A stretch of 64,000 nucleotides of DNA from the human T2T-CHM13v2.0 reference genome, Homo sapiens: the NCBI RefSeq assembly GCF_009914755.1, contig NC_060929.1; one strand, given 5' to 3'. The translations under genes were made by a program, and so were the position numbers. Under the pieces are notes generated by a model. It saw only the letters and a list, made by a program, of their open reading frames with translations. It was not told the DNA's origin and did no database searches. Positions 54,023-64,000 of this stretch are shown one piece after another (position 1 is the first letter of the stretch; each line of letters opens with the position of its first letter).

Positions 54023-55574
54023 GGGAAGACTCATGGAGCGATTACCGTCATTAGCAGAGTGACACTTTCCAGACTGTCAGTCATGCCATTCACATGCCTC
54101 TGTGTCCTTTCTTGTACTTTTTCTCTGAAGCAAAATGTTTTTACTTACTTTTTCAACCTATGCAAACCCTACCTATCCTTCAAATCCCAGCTTGAGTCTG
54201 AGCTCAGAGGGAACACAATAGAATAAAAAGAGTCCCAGACTTAGAAGAGCAAAGGTCAATTCTGCATTCCATCAGCTCTAGAACTATGAGCAAATTCTCT
54301 TAACTTTTCTCATAGTGGGTTTGCACACATGCCACACAGGGGGATCAAAAGGCATCAGAAATGTAAAATAGCGTTGAAATAATAATTCCTCATATTGACA
54401 AAGAGCTTTATAATTTCCTGTAAACCCTTCCCTAGCTTCTGCAGGCTACAAATAGCTCTTGCTAAGTGTCCAGTGCCTGATTAAAATATACATGCACACA
54501 TGCACGTGAGCACCTCTCTGTCCCTCCCACCACCTCTCTCTGCTTAGCATATATGATTTTTCTTATTATCTCATGTAACTTCTTAAGATCATCAGGCCTT
54601 CAGTCTTTACCCCTTCCAAGCCACGCTCCTCACTAAGTCAGTATGATCTTTCTAACTTATGGTTCCTCACTGCCTAGTGTAAAGTTTCCTAAATCCAATG
54701 GCACAGAATCAGTGTCTTTTGAGGCATTTGTTAATCAGTGTTCTGGGAAAAGAGGTGCAGTTTGAAAAAAAGCGTCATGCTATAGCCCTCTGTTGTAGGT
54801 TTCCAATGCACATGTAAAACTTCTGAGAAATCCTGCAATAAAAAAGTTAATTTAACTTTGTTCAAATCAGAATTTTCCATATTAATTTGTGCATATTTAC
54901 ATTTTATACAATACCTAAGTTCTGCAGAAACATTTTGTCAAATGCTGGCCTGCACTCAGGCATTCTGCTTGTTTTATAGAACCTCTAGGATCTATTGCTA
55001 CCCTAGGTTTCTAGTTCATTTTCTGTCACCCCTTTCACAAACCCTATGCGCAGAAACAGTGGGCCATTTTCAGTTTCTTGAAGAACTCTGAGCTCTGCAC
55101 CTGTTGTGCTCTCTGCCAAGAATGTCTTTCCTGTCACTCATCCATCCATTTATTCCCTCGTGATGTGTTTCTCTTCACTGAAGACCCAGCTCACTTGCTC
55201 TGTAAAGACATCTCTGACATTTTCAGTAACTACTGTCTCCTACTTCCAGTGGTTAACACCTCTAAAGAACTTCATATACAAAAATGATTCCTGAGCATTA
55301 ATGAATGCTTTCTTTGTGTCAGTTATGTAGCTTTTATTGTGATGCAGACAACCATCTAAGATGATTAAAATAAGGTCTACTTTACAGATTAATAAATGCA
55401 TGGATTAAGAAACCCACTTCTTTTTCTGCCTTTTGAGTGGTGCCCACCATCGACCTAGCTGCCCCATTCCAGAAACACAGAAGACATTTTGAAAATCTTC
55501 CTGTACCCTACATCCAGTCAGGTGTCATGTCCTATAAATCCCAGATTCCTAAACAACCTTAAAACCTGTCCATA

Positions 55575-56125
<551 letters not shown>

Positions 56126-56472
56126 TTACGCTGCTACTAAGTTAGCCTGGATCAGTATCATCTCTTGGCTGTGTTCCTGCGGTAGCTTCTGGGCAAATAT
56201 TCCACCTCCATGTTACCACAAGTACAATCATTTCCTAAAGTGCAGATCTGATCATGCCAATTGCCCTGCTTAAAGTTCTTGAGTGCCTTCCCATAACTCT
56301 TAGGAAAGGAATCCAAGGCCCTTAATACAATGTAACAGATCTTTAAGGATTAGCTACTCTCTGCTTTTCACCTATATTTTGTTATTAATTAGGATCTCAT
56401 AGTCTACACAGGAAGCCTTGCAGAGCCTATTGTGATTTATAGGCCTTGCCAAACATTCTTTTGCCTCTGGAC

Positions 56473-56775
56473 TTTATTTTTATTTTTATTTTTGAGACAA
56501 GGTCTTGCTCTCTCACCTAGGCTGGAGTGCAGTGGCACAATCATGGCTCACTGAAGCCTTGACCTCATAGGTTCAAGAAATCCTCCCACCTCAGCCTCCT
56601 GAGTAGCTGGGACCACAGGCGTGCGCCACCACACCCAGCTAATTTTTGTGATTTTAGTAGAAACGGGGTCTTCCCATGTTGCCCAGGCTGGTCTTAAACT
56701 CCAGGGCTCAAGTGATCCACCTGCCTCGATCTCCCAAAATTCTGGTATTACAGGCATGAGCCACCACACCTAGCC
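56473..56775 (-). mobile_element. AluJ
   Basis: AluJ features (CACAATCATGGCTCACTG..GCCTTGACCTC); TSD TGCCTCTGGAC. Confidence 0.93.
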
Positions 56776-59700
56776 TGCCTCTGGACCTTTGTACACACTT
56801 TTTCTACTTCTTGAAATTCTCTTCATTCTCCTCCTCACTCTGCTAATTCATGAGCTTCCTAAATGTACGTCAAGGATAGTGCTCTTCCTCTAGGGCGCAT
56901 AGCATCTTGACATCTTTTTCTCTCCTGTAAGCTCTTTGGGGCCAGGGCTATACCTTAATCATGATCTTATCTGTACCTAATATGGTGCCGGCCCTAGAAC
57001 TGGCATGGAATAGTCATTTGTTGAATGCCTGAATGAATCAAATAATGAATAAATGAGTAAATGAAAGCAAAACTAAAAGGACAGCTTGGGGTATTACAAG
57101 AGAAGGAATTTAGAGCTTCCTTTCACACATCCTCCTGCCTTTGTCCTCTATGTCAAAATACATTGTCCTCCTTTCAACTCCCCGAAAGCTCCATGTATGC
57201 TCCACCTGAAAAGCCTTTGCATCTCCAGAGTGTTTCTTCTTCATTCACCCACAGTTAATATCTCTTTATCCTTCACATTTCAGATTAGTCATCTTTTCAA
57301 GAGGAAAGAATTCTTGCTGATGCAGACAAGTCGGCCCCCTGCCATACTGCTCTCATAGCACCAAGTGTCTCCTTCATTACTTTCACCACAGTGTAGCTCT
57401 ACATCTATGTCTATGAATGTTTATTTAGCAAAAGTTTCCTCCAATACTCAGTAAGCTCATGAAAGAATCATGTCTGTTTTTTATTCACTATTGGATTCCC
57501 AGTGCCTAAGTACTGACACACAAAAGTTTGTTAAACTGATTCATGAATTAAAAACAGTAGTTTTTAATCTCATCAGCAGTTTTTTGTTTGTTTCATCACC
57601 GTGTACATGCATAGTAGGGTTCAGTAGGTAAGGGCTGTTTGTTAAATGAGAGACTATAACTGATTTCTTTCCCCAGTTTATAAACAGTTGTTAACTAGTA
57701 ATGGTTGAGATAAAAAATTTTGTTCCTACAAATTTAGTAATATTTGCATATTTTCATACTATTTTGTAATATGTTTATGGCTTCTGTTGAAATAAATGTC
57801 AAAAGAATTCCATCTGCCTAGCTCCTGGACTCCACCTCATTAGGAAAATAAAGAACCACAAAGTCCATCTCCACCACAGGAAAGGACAATAGCTCTAATT
57901 CATAAATTCCATAATGTGTACATAATTGGAAGACATCAAAATATGTCCTGTCACAGACCAGTCCGTGATTCTTCAATAAGAAATTATGAAAATCGCAAAA
58001 CAAACTGTCCAAAGGGGTCATTACTGTTTGACAATTCATCGGGCTAAATAATATTGTCTGAGTGGTCGCCTGGCTCTGTTTGACCTTAAACGAAGGCAGA
58101 GGAACTGAGAAATACATTAAAGAAAGGCTATGGTCAGGCTTTTGGAGTTACACAAACTTTGATATGTCTGGGAAGAAGTGCTTTTTTACCCCCATAATTT
58201 TAAGAACAGGGTAGGCAATGACATTTTAAAGCCTGTTTACCTCATAATCAAATCATCCACAATTTGATAGGTGCTTACCAAGTACCAGGTATTATGCATG
58301 TCTTTATGCTCACATTAACTCTATCTCTCACCATCACCCTGAAGGAGGTATTATTAACTATCATTGAGGCAACTGAGACTCAGAGACCTGAACTATCTTA
58401 GAGAAAGTAGAACATGACTGATGTGGGGCTCAAACCCACTGTTACTTGACTCTACTCAATAATGATTCCACTTACATTTCTCTATGCAAATTTCTGTTCC
58501 AGCCTTCCACTCAGTAAGTACATACTAAGTATTTATCAAAAAGAATCAAAGTGCCATAATTCCCATAATCATTTGAAAAGAACACCTAAACAGTCACCAG
58601 GATGATTTTTCTCTCAAAGAAGCTGTTCAGTTTGAAATGCCCTGTGGTGGTGAGATCTTACAAAATGATAAATAAACCCGTAGACATTTTGTTGTTTAAT
58701 TTTTTAAGCCCATTTCTTTCTTCCTTTTTTTTTTCGGTGATTCACTTTCCTGTTATTCAGAACATTACACACCTACACACATCAAATAAAACTGAATATT
58801 CCAAGATTTAAAGGCGTTAGTGGGGGTTGTCAATACATGAAAGCAGAGAAGCTGTTTAGTATAATTGGGGAAAAGTGGAGGCTCAGACTGTCAAAAAAAG
58901 ATGGCTTTTGTACTTTAAAACTAAAGTTCCAGGATATAGAAGTGGACCAGCTAAGAAATGCTGGCTTAGCCTCTTAAGAAGGTAATGATCCTCCTTGATT
59001 TAGAACAAGCAGAAAAAGAAAATTAAGGTCAATGATGAACTGAGCATATATTTGTCATCTCCTTTTCCCAAGATCTCTTTAAAATGATAGTAAAGAAGCA
59101 AAGCAGATACAGCCCCAGAACAATGAAAAGAATATAAAGAGGGTCATTAAGTGAACGATGCATTTCATGTGTTTCTGAGAGAAGACAGGTAAGCGGAGGA
59201 ATGATGACAGATTGAGGGCACAGCCAAGGAGGGCCCCCATCTATCTTGCAAAAACCTAGAGAGAGTTAGGATTTAGAAATGCCAAAGATGATGTGGGATG
59301 AAGGGTGAAAAATGGAGCGGGTGTGAAAAGGGATTTACCTGCCCCCCGTTCCCACTGTTTAACTCTTCTCATCACACCCTGGGCGGATACAATAAAAAGT
59401 TCTTCCTTTTGAAAGAAAACTAAAATGGTCTGGGGTGGACTAAGGTCACAAGTGTGGGAGTTGGGTCTTCAGAGCAAAGTGCTCTGCATTTTGGAATTAG
59501 GGACTACAAAATACAAGATAATCTCTGTGCCTACTCACTGTATAATGAAACCCACCAGTTGGTAAGTCCTATTCATATTCATTTGACAGTTCTACTGATT
59601 CATTCTCACATATGACTTGGCAATGGAAGATCATCTAGTCAATTGAGTGAAACCTACACTGTGAGGGGAAAAAAGACCAAGATAAACAAATATAAAAACA

Positions 59701-59942
59701 TATACTGGAGACAACAGGGATACTTTTAGGGCCAGAAATAAATAAATAAATCCTAATTTGTATGCGCAGAAACATTTAAAAGGAGAATAAACCTACAATT
59801 CAAGAACCAGATGCTATACAAAGAAGGAAAACATAGAGAATAAGAAAAAAAAACATGGAATTAAAAAATATGGCAAATTTATTTTTAAATTATTAGAAGG
59901 TTAAAATATACTGGTCAAGGAAATCTCTTAAAAAGTAGGAAA

Positions 59943-61671
<1,729 letters not shown>

Positions 61672-62506
61672 GTAGGAGAAAAAGATAAAGCCAAAATATC
61701 AGAGATATACAAATTAGGAAATTATTCTATGAAGACTAATATCCAATTAATAGAAGTATCAGGAAGAATTAGGAAATCAAAAATAAGGAAATTATTAAAT
61801 AAATACTTGAAGAGCTATTTCCCAATTGAATAACAGGAGTGTTCGAGATTAAAAGGAGCCCTTTGTATACCCATATTGGTTATTTTAAAAGATATATAAC
61901 TACATAATCATTGTGAACACTAAGGATACAAAGAAGATCCTAAAAGTTTCCTGGAGGAAAACACAGGCCATATCTATGTTAGTAACTATCAGATTGTCAC
62001 TGGAAAATTTCTTCAACATTGGTCCCTAAAAAACAATGAAATGACAGCTTCAAAGTTCCATGAAAGAACAACTCAAACAAGATTTCTATACTCAACCTAC
62101 CAACTGACTGAATGGCTGGGGCTGGGGAACCGGAAATTTATTGAGCCATGCCCTTCCTTTGCTAGATGCTTTATTGTGATTATTAACACTCCTTTAAAGG
62201 AAGTATTATTTTTGCCATGCACAGACAAGATCCACTAATAGGTCGACCCAAGGAATAAGTATCAAAAATAAGTGCCACAGTCAGAAAACATACCTGAGCC
62301 AATCTGCTATTCTTCTTCCAGAGTATATCACTGGGCCTTTGAACACACAAAGACAGGCCAGCTCATAGGGCAAAGAAGATACAATGTAGAAACAGGGAGA
62401 ACCATCCACTCCTGGGACTTTGAGGCAAGGTTAGACTGTTGCCATATGTAAAGGAGCATTATGTCATTGTTGCTACCTTGGCAAATTTCAAAGGTTATTG
62501 TTCCAG

Positions 62507-62684
62507 CTTCCCTTCCTTTTCTTTCCTTTCTCCTTTCCTTTCTCCCTTTCTTTCTCCTTTCCTTTCCTTTCTTTTTCCTTCCTTCCTTCCTTCCTTCCTT
62601 CCTTCCTTCCTTCCTTCCTTCCTTCCTTCATTCCTTCCTTCCTTCTTTCCTTCTTTCCTTCTTTTCTTTCTTTTCTTTCTCTCT
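62507..62684. repeat. (CTTT/CTTC)n polypyrimidine microsatellite, probably derived from the adjacent L1 tail
   Basis: Direct reading; abuts the 3' end of a minus-strand L1. Confidence 0.92.
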
Positions 62685-63136
62685 TAAATTTTATTTTAAG
62701 CTCCGGGCTACAGGATGTGTGCAGGATGTGCAGGTTTGTTACTTAGGTAAATGTGTGTCACGGTGATTTGCTGTGCCCATCAACCCATTACCTAGGTATT
62801 AAGCCGGGCATGCATTAGCTATTTTTCCTAATGCCCCCCTCTCCCCGTGCCCCACCCCCATGCACTGGACACCCCCCAGTGTGTTGTTGTTCCCCTCCCT
62901 GTATTTATGAGTTCATTTCATTCAGCTCCCACTTAAAAGTGTTTAATTTTCTGTTCCTGCATTAGTTTGCTGAGGATGATGGCTTCCAGCTCCATCCATC
63001 CCCCTGCAAAGGACATGATCTCATTCCTTTTTATGGCTGCATAGTATTCCATGGTATATATGTACCACATTTTCTTTATCCAGTCTGTCATTGATGGGCA
63101 TTTGGGTTCATTCCATGTCTTTGCTATTGTGAATAG
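62684..63136 (-). mobile_element. L1PA 3' fragment (older L1PA)
   Basis: Reverse-complement 3' UTR and ORF2 end (TTTTTATGGCTGCATAGTATTCCATGG). Confidence 0.9.
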
Positions 63137-63152
63137 CAGCTATATTTTCTTA

Positions 63153-63588
<436 letters not shown>

Positions 63589-64000
63589 CTCCCCTACATT
63601 TCCAGTGCTATTTCAACCTATCTGTTGAATCTCATTCATAAGCTCATGAAACAAATATTCATTATACCTGAGGTCCTAGATGCTGTGTCAACAACACAAA
63701 TTCCCTATCCTCATGAAGCTTTCAGTCTAGGAAGATAATGAAGAGAATTTGGTGAAAGAGAAGAATGCAAGCAGGAGGAGGAAGATTTACTTGGTTAGAG
63801 TGGTCAGGAAAATACTTTCCATTGAGGTAACAATTCAGTCGATTCAAATAATCCAGTTATGTAATGGTCGGTGTGATGGGTGGTTGCATTAGAAGGAAAT
63901 GGAATAGTAGTGCAAACACCTCAAGATGGGAAAATGCTTGGAGCGTTCAGGAACTGAAACTGTGCCAAAGTAAGTGAGAGAGGATGGCCAAAGATGAAAT

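Overview
Human genomic DNA, identified by its Alu/L1 content and a human-specific pre-Ta L1Hs. The window covers part of PPP2R2B (PP2A regulatory subunit B55-beta, the SCA12 gene), which is transcribed on the minus strand. It contains the CpG-island promoter of the Bbeta1 isoform (~39.8-41.1 kb), the SCA12 repeat as a normal-length pure (CAG)15 at 40735-40779, the exon carrying the Bbeta1 start (40008-40201; [23 protein letters not shown]) and a small alternative N-terminal exon (18515-18599; MNYPDENTYGNK). The rest is repeat-rich non-coding sequence. The most interesting structure is the ~800 nt around the repeat. It holds two upstream donors (GT and GC), two donors on the start exon, and two strong-context uAUGs in an ATF4-like arrangement. 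It also holds an AUG-initiated polySer frame that fuses to Bbeta1 through a GC-AG intron, and an AUG-initiated antisense polyAla ORF. Splice-site choice would therefore switch these frames between repressive uORF and alternative N-terminus. Frames and motifs were read directly from the sequence; their in vivo use is inferred. Repeat subfamily calls and old-repeat boundaries are by eye and approximate.
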